Positions 48,726-57,199 of a stretch of DNA of 64,000 bases are shown piece after piece. The notes beneath the pieces are model-generated. The model did no database searches and was not told the origin of the DNA. It worked only from the letters and a program-made list of their open reading frames with translations. Every line of letters begins with the position of its first letter. Position 1 is the stretch's first letter. The stretch is from Alphaproteobacteria bacterium (GTDB taxonomy: Bacteria > Pseudomonadota > Alphaproteobacteria > RF32 > CAG-239): assembly GCA_017935485.1 (NCBI GenBank), contig JAGBHO010000016.1, forward strand, positions 5,882 to 69,881. Direction: 5' to 3'. The position numbers and the translations under genes were made by a program.

Positions 48726-49322
48726 CTAATCTTTATGTTGATTTATAAATCTTCTAATAGTGCTTCTATCAACCTTAAACATTCTGGCTATTTGGGTTTT
48801 AGGGATATTTTGTTCAGCAAGTTGTAGGATTCGTTCTTTGTTTTTCTTTAAATCATTGAATGCACTTTTACGACCAAAAGGACGACCAAGGTGCTTTCCT
48901 TCTGCCTTAACTCTTTTTAGAGCTTCTTTTGTTCTTTCAGAGATGAGCTGCCTTTCTATCTCTGCAGCTAAACTGAAAGCAAAAGCAAGAACTTTACTCT
49001 GGATATCTGAACCAAGACGATAGTTCTCTTTTAATGTCCATATTTGACACTCTCTTTCTAAACATTCTTTTAATATTCCCATAACTTCTAATAGATTTCT
49101 ACCAAGACGACTTAGTTCTGATGCAATTAAAACATCTCCTTTTTTTAATTTTTTGAGTAATTTGCCGAGTTTTCTTTCATTTAGAGGTTTTCTTGAAGAT
49201 ATTTTTTCTTCTACCCACTTATTAATTTCTATATCATTTGCTTCACAATATGTTGAAATTGCTAATTTTTGGTTTTCTAAGACCTGAGTTTGTGTGCTAA
49301 CCCTTATATATCCATATATCAT
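48726..49322 (-). CDS. Mpi-family DNA invertase (serine recombinase)
   Basis: MIYGYIRVST, SELSRLGRNL, YRLGSDIQSKVLAFAFSLAAEIERQLISERTKEAL resembling Bacteroides Mpi. Confidence 0.85.
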   Translation of the reverse strand: MIYGYIRVSTQTQVLENQKLAISTYCEANDIEINKWVEEKISSRKPLNERKLGKLLKKLKKGDVLIASELSRLGRNLLEVMGILKECLERECQIWTLKENYRLGSDIQSKVLAFAFSLAAEIERQLISERTKEALKRVKAEGKHLGRPFGRKSAFNDLKKNKERILQLAEQNIPKTQIARMFKVDRSTIRRFINQHKD

Positions 49323-49386
49323 ATTCAATCCTTTTAAAATATTTATCAGATTGAACAAAAATACATAAAAAAATAAGCGAGATAAT

Positions 49387-49544
49387 TAATTCACCAATTA
49401 ATTATCTCGCTTTTGATATCATACAAATTAATCTAAAATAATCAATTAGAATCTTATATTATGCTTTGAAAATAAGCATATTCTAGCAAAATTAATGTTT
49501 TAAATGAATATTCCCTAAAATAGGGTGGGTTAATTGGTGAATTA
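49387..49544. repeat. 15-bp inverted repeat pair (candidate invertible segment)
   Basis: TAATTCACCAATTAA at 49387-49401 and TTAATTGGTGAATTA at 49530-49544. Confidence 0.7.
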
Positions 49545-49549
49545 GCCCA

Positions 49550-50635
49550 TTGTTAGAATGTATAAATAATATATCACTATCAGAAAAAGAAATACCTTTA
49601 AATACTCAAGTAAAGGGATGGAATTTACATACTCAAATTTACAATTTAGAAGATTATAAAGAAGATATAACAGCATCAAATGATGAAAATATTGACATTT
49701 TAGAGCAAGATATTGAAAAACTTAGTCCTTTTTTATTAAAAATCTTGCTTCAAGATAAGACAACTGGAAAATACATTCGTTTTGCTTGTGATGAATATGC
49801 CAAATATGGAGAAGCCTATACTGCTGAAAAAGAAATACTTCCGGAACTTATTACCAAAGATAACACTAGAATAATCCAACCAAGAATATCAAAAACCAAA
49901 GATGAACAAATAAACAGAACTCGTAAATCGGCTGAGGTTTTTACTCCTTCTTGGATTTGTAATGAAATGAACAACCATTGTGATGAAGAATGGTTTGGTT
50001 ATTCCAATGTATTTAATACCCCAAATGGTCACGATTGGATACCAACAACAGAACCTATACAATTTGCAGAAGATAAGAAAAGCAAAAAAGAAGGTTGGAT
50101 GAAATATGTTGATTCAAAAAGATTAGAAATAACCTGTGGTGAAGCACCTTATCTTGTTTCCAGATATGACACAACTACCGGAGAGTTTTTGCCAATAGAG
50201 AAAAGAATTGGTCTTTTAGATAGAAAACTTCGCATAGTTAATGAAAATACAACAAATGAAACAGATTGGTTTAATTGGGCAAAACGAGCATATGAAGCCA
50301 CTTATGGCTATGAATACCAAGGAGATAACTTGCTTTTAGCAAGAGAAAATCTTCTTTGGACATTTATTGATAATTTTAAATTCAAACACAAAAAACAACC
50401 AACACTAACACAAATCAAACAAATAGCCAATGTAATTGCGTGGAACATTTGGCAGATGGATGGGCTTACAGATACAGCTCCTTTTAGCGATTCCAATGAA
50501 GATGACAGTCAATTAGAGCTTTTTAGCGATTTACCAAAAGTTTTAGAACCAATGCTTTGCAAAATAAAGGATTGGCGAAGCGATAAAGTTTTTTATTTCC
50601 AAGAAATAAAGAAAGGAAACAAAAATGAAATTTGA
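49550..50635 (+). CDS. R-M methyltransferase N-terminal half (SAM-binding part)
   Basis: AEVFTPSW, LEITCGEAPYL, YGYEYQGDNLLLAR, NIWQMDGL; TTG start uncertain. Confidence 0.78.
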   Translation: MLECINNISLSEKEIPLNTQVKGWNLHTQIYNLEDYKEDITASNDENIDILEQDIEKLSPFLLKILLQDKTTGKYIRFACDEYAKYGEAYTAEKEILPELITKDNTRIIQPRISKTKDEQINRTRKSAEVFTPSWICNEMNNHCDEEWFGYSNVFNTPNGHDWIPTTEPIQFAEDKKSKKEGWMKYVDSKRLEITCGEAPYLVSRYDTTTGEFLPIEKRIGLLDRKLRIVNENTTNETDWFNWAKRAYEATYGYEYQGDNLLLARENLLWTFIDNFKFKHKKQPTLTQIKQIANVIAWNIWQMDGLTDTAPFSDSNEDDSQLELFSDLPKVLEPMLCKIKDWRSDKVFYFQEIKKGNKNEI

Positions 50636-51638
50636 TGTAATTATAGGAAATCCACCATATCAGGAAACCAGAGAAAATACTTCTGATGGCCCAGTTTATG
50701 ATAGATATATGGATGAAGCATATAAATTAGCGAAAATTGTTGAGTTAATTACACCAGCAAGATTCTTATTTAATGCAGGACGAACTCATAAACATTGGAA
50801 CAAAAAAATGTTAAATGATGAATATTTTAATGTATTACGATATGAACCTGATAGTAAAAAAATATTTTCCAATACAGATATAAAAGGTGGAGTAATCATA
50901 TCTATAAGAAATAGCAAAAAGAAAGTTGGAAAAATTGAAGTTTTTACTTCTTATCAAAAATTAAACTCTATTTTACATAAAATGAAAAGAGAATCTTACG
51001 ACAGTCTATCTTCTATAATGTATCCTTATTCGACATATTCTCTTAATGAGGAATTATTTTGTGATTTTCCTGAACTTAAAAACATTCTCAGTAATTATAA
51101 AATAATAACAACCAATATATTTGACTTATTATCTATGCTTTTTGTTGATGAACCTAAAAATAAAGAAGAATTTTGCTGTTTATTAGGACGTCAAAACAAT
51201 CAAAGAGTTTTTAAGTATATAAATAAAAAATATATAAATACAGGAAATAATTATACTAAATATAAAGTAATTATTCCTAAATCTAATGGTTCAGGAACAT
51301 TTGGAGAAAATTTATCATCACCATTAATAGCTGAACCTTTTATAGGATATACTCAATCATTTTTAGGTATAGGTGCTTTAAATACAATATATGAAGCACA
51401 ATCACTAATCAAATATATTTCATCAAAATTTACACGAGCTTTGCTTGGTATATTAAAAAGCACTCAAGATAATCCTCCTGAAAAATGGAAATATGTCCCC
51501 CTTCAAGATTTTACTGAAAATTCTGATATTGATTGGTCTAAATCTATACACGAAATAGATTTACAGCTCTATAAAAAATATGGGTTATCAGAAGAAGAAA
51601 TTCAATTCATAGAAACAAAAGTTAAACCTATGGAGTAA
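50625..51638 (+). CDS. Eco57I-type N6-adenine MTase catalytic part plus target recognition domain
   Basis: MKFDVIIGNPPYQ, ITPARF, DIKGG; C-terminal VPLQDF...LYKKYGLS. Confidence 0.85.
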   Translation: MKFDVIIGNPPYQETRENTSDGPVYDRYMDEAYKLAKIVELITPARFLFNAGRTHKHWNKKMLNDEYFNVLRYEPDSKKIFSNTDIKGGVIISIRNSKKKVGKIEVFTSYQKLNSILHKMKRESYDSLSSIMYPYSTYSLNEELFCDFPELKNILSNYKIITTNIFDLLSMLFVDEPKNKEEFCCLLGRQNNQRVFKYINKKYINTGNNYTKYKVIIPKSNGSGTFGENLSSPLIAEPFIGYTQSFLGIGALNTIYEAQSLIKYISSKFTRALLGILKSTQDNPPEKWKYVPLQDFTENSDIDWSKSIHEIDLQLYKKYGLSEEEIQFIETKVKPME

Positions 51639-51643
51639 GAACT

Positions 51644-54600
51644 ATGGCTAAAATCAACATTAAGACAAGTAAAAAAGTAATACCTATGTGTTATGCCTAT
51701 ACTACTCCTCAAATAGCTAGCCACGAAGGTTGGACTAAGATAGGCTTTACAGAACAAGATGTTGAAACTCGTGTTAGGCAACAAACCCAAACTGCTGATA
51801 TAGAGTATAAAATAGAGTGGAAAGCCAATGCTATATATGATGATGGTTCAGGAGATATTTTTCACGATACTGATTTTCATTGTTATTTGAAAAAAATTGG
51901 AATTGAGAGAAAAATAGGAACAGAATGGTTTCATATCCTACCTCAAACATCCAAGCAACGATTCGATGAATTTAGGGCAAATAGAGGAATTGCTCAAACA
52001 GATGTTGTAATAGAATATAAATTAAGAACAGAACAGCAAAAAGCTGTGCAGCAAGCAAAATCATATTTTCAACAATATGCAGATGATGAGCCTGAGTTTT
52101 TATGGAATGCAAAACCTCGATTTGGTAAAACTCTTTCAGCATATGATTTATGTAAACAATTAGATGCTAAAACAGTTCTAATAGTTACACATCGTCCAGC
52201 TATTGCAACCTCGTGGTATAGTGATTATGAAAAATTTTTTGGAACTCAATCTGGTTACTTTTTTGTTAGTCAGGTTGATACACTAAAAAACAAACCTTGT
52301 GTTGTAAAAAGAGAAAATTTACCACCCTCAGCAAGAAAATATATAGAATTTATATCATTACAAGACCTTAAAGGTGCAATAGATTTTGGTGGAAAATATG
52401 ACAAATTAAAGCATATTGCCCAATTAAAATGGGATTTATTGATTATTGATGAGTCTCACGAAGGTATTGATACATATAGGGCAGATATTGCTTTTGATAA
52501 TATAAAAAGGAAATATACTCTTCATTTATCAGGAACTCCTTTTAGAGCTTTGGCTAATTCAAAATTTGAAGAAAAAGCTGTATATAACTGGACATATGCT
52601 GATGAACAAAAGGCAAAAAAAGAATGGGATGAAACAAAAGAAGAAGAAAATCCTTATTCTACTCTACCTCAATTAAATCTTTATACTTATCAAATGTCTG
52701 AAATCATTAGAGACAAGCTACAAAAAGGTGCTGATTTTGATGATGATGGAGAAACAGAAAGCTATGCATTTGATTTAAATGAGTTCTTCATCACTAATTC
52801 AAATGGCTCATTCAAATATGATGCTGATGTAGATAAATTTTTAGAAGCATTAACCACTCAAGCAAAATTTCCATTTTCAACAGAAGAACTTAGAAATGAA
52901 TTAAGACATACTTTTTGGTTATTAAATCGTGTTGATAGTGCCAAAGCATTAGCAAAGAAATTGAAAGAACATCCAATATTTAGGGAATATGAAATAGTCC
53001 TAGTTGCTGGTGATGGTAATTTAGATGAGGATACAGAAAATCAAAAGTCCTTTGATAAAGTTGTAAAGGCAATCAAAGAAAATGACAAGACAATTACAAT
53101 TTCTGTTGGACAATTAACAACAGGAGTTACTGTGCCGGAATGGACTGCTGTATTAATGCTAAGCAATGTAAAAAGTCCTGCTCTATATATGCAAGCTGCT
53201 TTTAGAGCTCAGAATCCTTGTTTATTTAAATATGGACAACTGCAATTTCGTAAAGAAAATGCTTATGTATTTGATTTTGACCCTGCTCGAACATTAGTTG
53301 TTTTTGAACAATTTGCTAATGATTTAAATACAACAACTTCTGCAGGTAAAGGAAACATAGATGAACGCAAGCAAAACATCAGGGAGCTAATCAACTTCTT
53401 TCCAGTGTATGGTGAAGATGATGAAGGAGAAATGATAACCCTTGATGCCGAAAAAATTCTTACCATTCCTCGTAAAATTTATGCAAAAGAAGTTGTTCGT
53501 AAGGGATTTATGTGTAATTTTTTATTCCAAAATATCAGTAATATTTTTAATGCACCCAAAGAAGTTATTGATATAATACAAAATTTCACTCCTCAAAAAG
53601 AGCCTATCGGTGTTACATACGAAACAAAAGATAAACTCAATATTAATACTGAGGGAGAAATCGAATTGTCATCGGAAATGGTTATTGGTAAAGCTGCTGA
53701 TATATTTGGAGAAAAATTATATAATAATATTGAAGATGAACTAGTTAAAACAGTTGAAACCATAAAAGATGAAATTCAAAGTAAAAAAGAAGTCGATGAA
53801 ATTAAAGAAGATTTGAAAGAAAAATTTCATATAGGAACTTCGGCAATGATTGAAATTGCTAAAAAAGAATATGGAAAGGATTTAAGTAAATCAGCTCAAA
53901 AGAAATTGGTTCAAACATTAAATGCTGATGCCGAAAGGACTTTTGAAAAACAATTTGGTTCCTATAAAATTGATATTGAAAGACTTGAACGAGACCGCAA
54001 AATAGAAATAAAACAAGCTAAAAATGAAAAAGAAATAGCTGCTATTAACCAAAAATTTGATACAACTAAATCTGTTGTTGAAAATAATCTAGCTGAAACA
54101 TTAAAGAATTCAATTAACCAAGTTGTTCACGAAGCTGGTAAGACCATTGTAGAAATAACAGAAACAGACATTAAACAAAGAGAAAAGCAAAGTATTGAAG
54201 AAGGTGTTCGAGACCATTTAAGAGGTTTTTCAAGAACAATACCATCGTTTTTAATGGCTTATGGAGACGAAAATACAACATTAGAGAATTTTGATACAAT
54301 TATTCCAAATGAAGTATTTAAGGAAGTTACCAGCATAACTCTTGATGAATTTAGATTTTTAAGAGATGGTGGGGATTATGTAGATGATAAAACAGGTGAA
54401 ACAAAACATTATGCTGGAAATTTATTTGACCCAGTAGTCTTTAATGATTCTGTAAAAGAATTTCTAAATTTAAGAACTAAATTAAGTAATTATTTTGATG
54501 AAGAACAGATAGAAGATATATTTGATTATATTCCACCGCAAAAAACAAACCAAATCTATACTCCTAAAAAAGTTGTAAAAGAAATGGTTGATAATTTAGA

Positions 54601-54937
54601 AAAAGAATGTCCTGAATGTTTTGAAAATTCAGATAGAACTTTTATTGATTTATATATGAAATCAGGTCTCTACATTACAGAAATTGTAAAAAGACTATTT
54701 AATAGCAGTAATTTGAAACAAAAATATCCAAATGAACAAGAAAGATTAGAACATATTTTTGCAAATCAAGTTTATGGTTTAGCTCCAACAGAAATTATCT
54801 ATCGTATTGCAACTGCTTATATTTTAGGTTTTGATGAGAAAATGAGTATTGATAAACATAATTTAAGATTATTTGACACTTTACCTTCTGTTCAAAAAGG
54901 AACTCTGGAAAAAGATTTAGATAAGGTTTTTAAGTAA
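51644..54937 (+). CDS. restriction subunit: GIY-YIG/T5orf172-like nuclease, SF2 helicase and partial MTase
   Basis: YAY..WTKIGFT..EWF; NAKPRFGKT, IIDESHEG, LSGTP, QAAFRAQ; C-terminal QIYTPK, DLYMKSG. Confidence 0.83.
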   Translation: MAKINIKTSKKVIPMCYAYTTPQIASHEGWTKIGFTEQDVETRVRQQTQTADIEYKIEWKANAIYDDGSGDIFHDTDFHCYLKKIGIERKIGTEWFHILPQTSKQRFDEFRANRGIAQTDVVIEYKLRTEQQKAVQQAKSYFQQYADDEPEFLWNAKPRFGKTLSAYDLCKQLDAKTVLIVTHRPAIATSWYSDYEKFFGTQSGYFFVSQVDTLKNKPCVVKRENLPPSARKYIEFISLQDLKGAIDFGGKYDKLKHIAQLKWDLLIIDESHEGIDTYRADIAFDNIKRKYTLHLSGTPFRALANSKFEEKAVYNWTYADEQKAKKEWDETKEEENPYSTLPQLNLYTYQMSEIIRDKLQKGADFDDDGETESYAFDLNEFFITNSNGSFKYDADVDKFLEALTTQAKFPFSTEELRNELRHTFWLLNRVDSAKALAKKLKEHPIFREYEIVLVAGDGNLDEDTENQKSFDKVVKAIKENDKTITISVGQLTTGVTVPEWTAVLMLSNVKSPALYMQAAFRAQNPCLFKYGQLQFRKENAYVFDFDPARTLVVFEQFANDLNTTTSAGKGNIDERKQNIRELINFFPVYGEDDEGEMITLDAEKILTIPRKIYAKEVVRKGFMCNFLFQNISNIFNAPKEVIDIIQNFTPQKEPIGVTYETKDKLNINTEGEIELSSEMVIGKAADIFGEKLYNNIEDELVKTVETIKDEIQSKKEVDEIKEDLKEKFHIGTSAMIEIAKKEYGKDLSKSAQKKLVQTLNADAERTFEKQFGSYKIDIERLERDRKIEIKQAKNEKEIAAINQKFDTTKSVVENNLAETLKNSINQVVHEAGKTIVEITETDIKQREKQSIEEGVRDHLRGFSRTIPSFLMAYGDENTTLENFDTIIPNEVFKEVTSITLDEFRFLRDGGDYVDDKTGETKHYAGNLFDPVVFNDSVKEFLNLRTKLSNYFDEEQIEDIFDYIPPQKTNQIYTPKKVVKEMVDNLEKECPECFENSDRTFIDLYMKSGLYITEIVKRLFNSSNLKQKYPNEQERLEHIFANQVYGLAPTEIIYRIATAYILGFDEKMSIDKHNLRLFDTLPSVQKGTLEKDLDKVFK

Positions 54938-54949
54938 AAAGGAACTATT

Positions 54950-55285
54950 ATGCTATTTGAAGTATTGGGAGAAGATTTACGCAAACAGCTGTCTCATATA
55001 ACTAAAAATTTAAGAGGTGGTAGAAAATCTACTCTTTATATTGAGATATATGAAGATAACATTATTTTCGTGTATAGAAACATTGAAATGCCAATAAGTG
55101 TCTTAAATCATATAAGTGAAGAACATAAATTAAGGGCAATATACACTATTTCGGATTATGCATTACTACATAAATTAATTAAAAAATTTAAGAATTGTGA
55201 TAGCTACTTACTAGATTTCTATCCAAATTCTATTAGAATTCAGATAGGTAGTGTAAAATTTGAAGTATCTGCAAATTTACAGTAA
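54950..55285 (+). CDS. hypothetical protein
   Basis: AAGGA RBS; last gene of the R-M operon, before the terminator. Confidence 0.65.
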   Translation: MLFEVLGEDLRKQLSHITKNLRGGRKSTLYIEIYEDNIIFVYRNIEMPISVLNHISEEHKLRAIYTISDYALLHKLIKKFKNCDSYLLDFYPNSIRIQIGSVKFEVSANLQ

Positions 55286-55289
55286 CATA

Positions 55290-55321
55290 AAAGCCTCAAG
55301 GTTGTTTAATCTTGAGGCTTT
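55290..55321. terminator. bidirectional intrinsic terminator
   Basis: AAAGCCTCAAG...CTTGAGGCTTT. Confidence 0.75.
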
Positions 55322-55345
55322 AATTTTATCAATTAAACAAATTCT

Positions 55346-55972
55346 CTAATCATTAAATTCAGTCATTAAATTTTCTACATTGAATCCGATTGATTCTCTT
55401 ATGATATCTTTAATACTCAAATTATTGATTTTTGTTTTAGCATTTATATCAGCACCATAATAAATTAGTAATGAGGATAGGTATATCATATCATTATACC
55501 CAGCAATCATTAAAGGTGTAACATTAAACTCATTACCAATATTGGGGTTTGCTTGATTTTCTAAAAGAAAAATAGAAATTTCTTTTAGGTTTCGTCTAAT
55601 ACTTTGATATAAAATTGTTTCTTTATTTTTATCTCTCCAATTTATATTAAAACCTAAATTTAGCATTTTCCTTAATACAATGATTTTTTGAAATTGTCGG
55701 AGATGTGGATTACAAACAACAGCAGATGCTAAAGAATATCCATTTCTCAAATTTTGATTTAACATTGCTTTGTTTAGCATTTGAAGAAGTAAATAATATG
55801 ATTTACTTGTTAAAAAAATGTTGAATATGTTATTTTCTCTTTCTTTATAAAAATAAGATAAATCATCTACATCAATTAACTCTAATTCATCTTCTAAATA
55901 TCCAATATCTTTTCTATCTTCCCTTACTGCATTATCTATAATTCTTCTTGTATAATCTTTACCTTCATTCAT
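55346..55972 (-). CDS. ankyrin repeat protein
   Basis: GFNINWRD..ETILY, LLENQANPN, TPLMIA, LLIYYGADINAK. Confidence 0.82.
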   Translation of the reverse strand: MNEGKDYTRRIIDNAVREDRKDIGYLEDELELIDVDDLSYFYKERENNIFNIFLTSKSYYLLLQMLNKAMLNQNLRNGYSLASAVVCNPHLRQFQKIIVLRKMLNLGFNINWRDKNKETILYQSIRRNLKEISIFLLENQANPNIGNEFNVTPLMIAGYNDMIYLSSLLIYYGADINAKTKINNLSIKDIIRESIGFNVENLMTEFND

Positions 55973-55974
55973 TT

Positions 55975-56247
55975 TTACTCCTTAATAATAGAATTTTTTA
56001 ATATACCTAGCAGTTTATTTTGCCAATTTGACATCTGTTTTTCCTGATTTAATTTAAGATATAAGGTTAAAATAGATGCTATACTTGGATATTTGTTTTG
56101 GTAAACTAATGTTCCAAGGTAATTACTGCATTTATTTAAATATTTGCAGCTAAATTCACGAAAACTATTTATTTTTCCTTCTTTGATTAAATTATTTGCT
56201 ACATCTATGACTAAATTAAGTTGGTTATTCATTGTTGATTTATTCAT
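55975..56247 (-). CDS. small HTH-like protein (DUF6626-like)
   Basis: INSFREFSCKYLNKCSNYL resembles the S..EFS..WLG.S.SY pattern; AAGGA RBS. Confidence 0.55.
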   Translation of the reverse strand: MNKSTMNNQLNLVIDVANNLIKEGKINSFREFSCKYLNKCSNYLGTLVYQNKYPSIASILTLYLKLNQEKQMSNWQNKLLGILKNSIIKE

Positions 56248-56289
56248 TTATTTCCTTATTTGTGATAAATGTATTTATCATATTCTTAA

Positions 56290-56814
56290 GCCAAAACTCA
56301 CTACGTTTCGTTTTAGCTAGAAACTTCGCAATCACAGATTGCTTGTTTTATTTTTTTTAATTTATTTTTTTAGATTAATTAATGTATTTCAGTATTTTCG
56401 TTAGATTTGCTCTTTTTACCCAACTTACGAGGGTAAAAAAATATAGCATTTTCGTTGAGTTTGCTTTCTTGTTTTGGTTATAGTAAATTTCTTTACAACT
56501 CATACACCGCCAATATGAGCCTTCCACCTGCTTTTTCGGTTGGCACATTGTAAAATCCAAACAAGAACTAAATTCTACAATGCCGAGGTTGTCAAGGAGC
56601 ACAGACAGAGCCTCATTTTTCTAACTGACATCATCAGCCGTGTCCTATTTATATTCCGCCGACCGTCTTTGGAGGAGTTACTTTGCGGTGCTTACACCAA
56701 TGGGCAAGTCTTCATAGGTTTTCAGTTTGTTCCCTGCTTGAGGGTGCTCATAAAAAAGCCTGTTTCCCCGTTTTTGTGGCACAGATTATGAAATCTGTGA
56801 TTGGTATGTCATTT
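56290..56814 (-). ncRNA. candidate structured ncRNA or long leader
   Basis: GC-richer stretch inside the AT-rich island; several hairpins need G-U pairs available only on the minus strand; promoter TTGCAT-N18-TACTAT at 56850-56821. Confidence 0.5.
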
Positions 56815-57078
56815 ATTCTTATAGTATCATATTTGATTTTCTATATGCAAAATTATTCTGCTAAATTTATTTATTAAAAATGCCAGAAAAATTTTTATTT
56901 TTTCAAATCAGAATAACACACTGTTTTTACTTAATAAAAAAAATTTGCAGAAATTTGACTTTTAAAAACTTTTAATATATTATCTCGTCATTCAATGAGG
57001 TGGTTTTATCCTCTAACCCTTAAATTACATATCCATAAAATAGCAATTATAGTTTCAACTTTCATTTGAAGGTGTGCT

Positions 57079-57195
57079 ATGGATTGCCTTAATTATCAAA
57101 ATAAAAACTCAAAAAAAATAACTGAAGTTGGGGATGATGTTTTCCAACTATTGTTGATATTATTAGAAATTGAAATGCATAAACAGGTAAATTAG
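57079..57195 (+). CDS. 38-aa ORF upstream of the integrase (candidate directionality factor)
   Basis: GAAGGTG RBS; MDCLNYQNKNSKKITEVGDDVFQLLLILLEIEMHKQVN; its stop codon overlaps the integrase RBS (TAGGAG). Confidence 0.5.
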   Translation: MDCLNYQNKNSKKITEVGDDVFQLLLILLEIEMHKQVN

Positions 57196-57199
57196 GAGA

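Noticed and set aside
50610-50640. Frameshifted methyltransferase pseudogene
   Set aside because: The second ORF has its own AAGGA RBS and ATG with an 11-bp overlap, consistent with a naturally split pair, although a frameshift cannot be fully excluded.
56375-56877. Short ORFs 56375-56602, 56540-56791 and 56683-56877
   Set aside because: Non-ATG starts without an RBS and mutually overlapping; the region is better explained by RNA structure.
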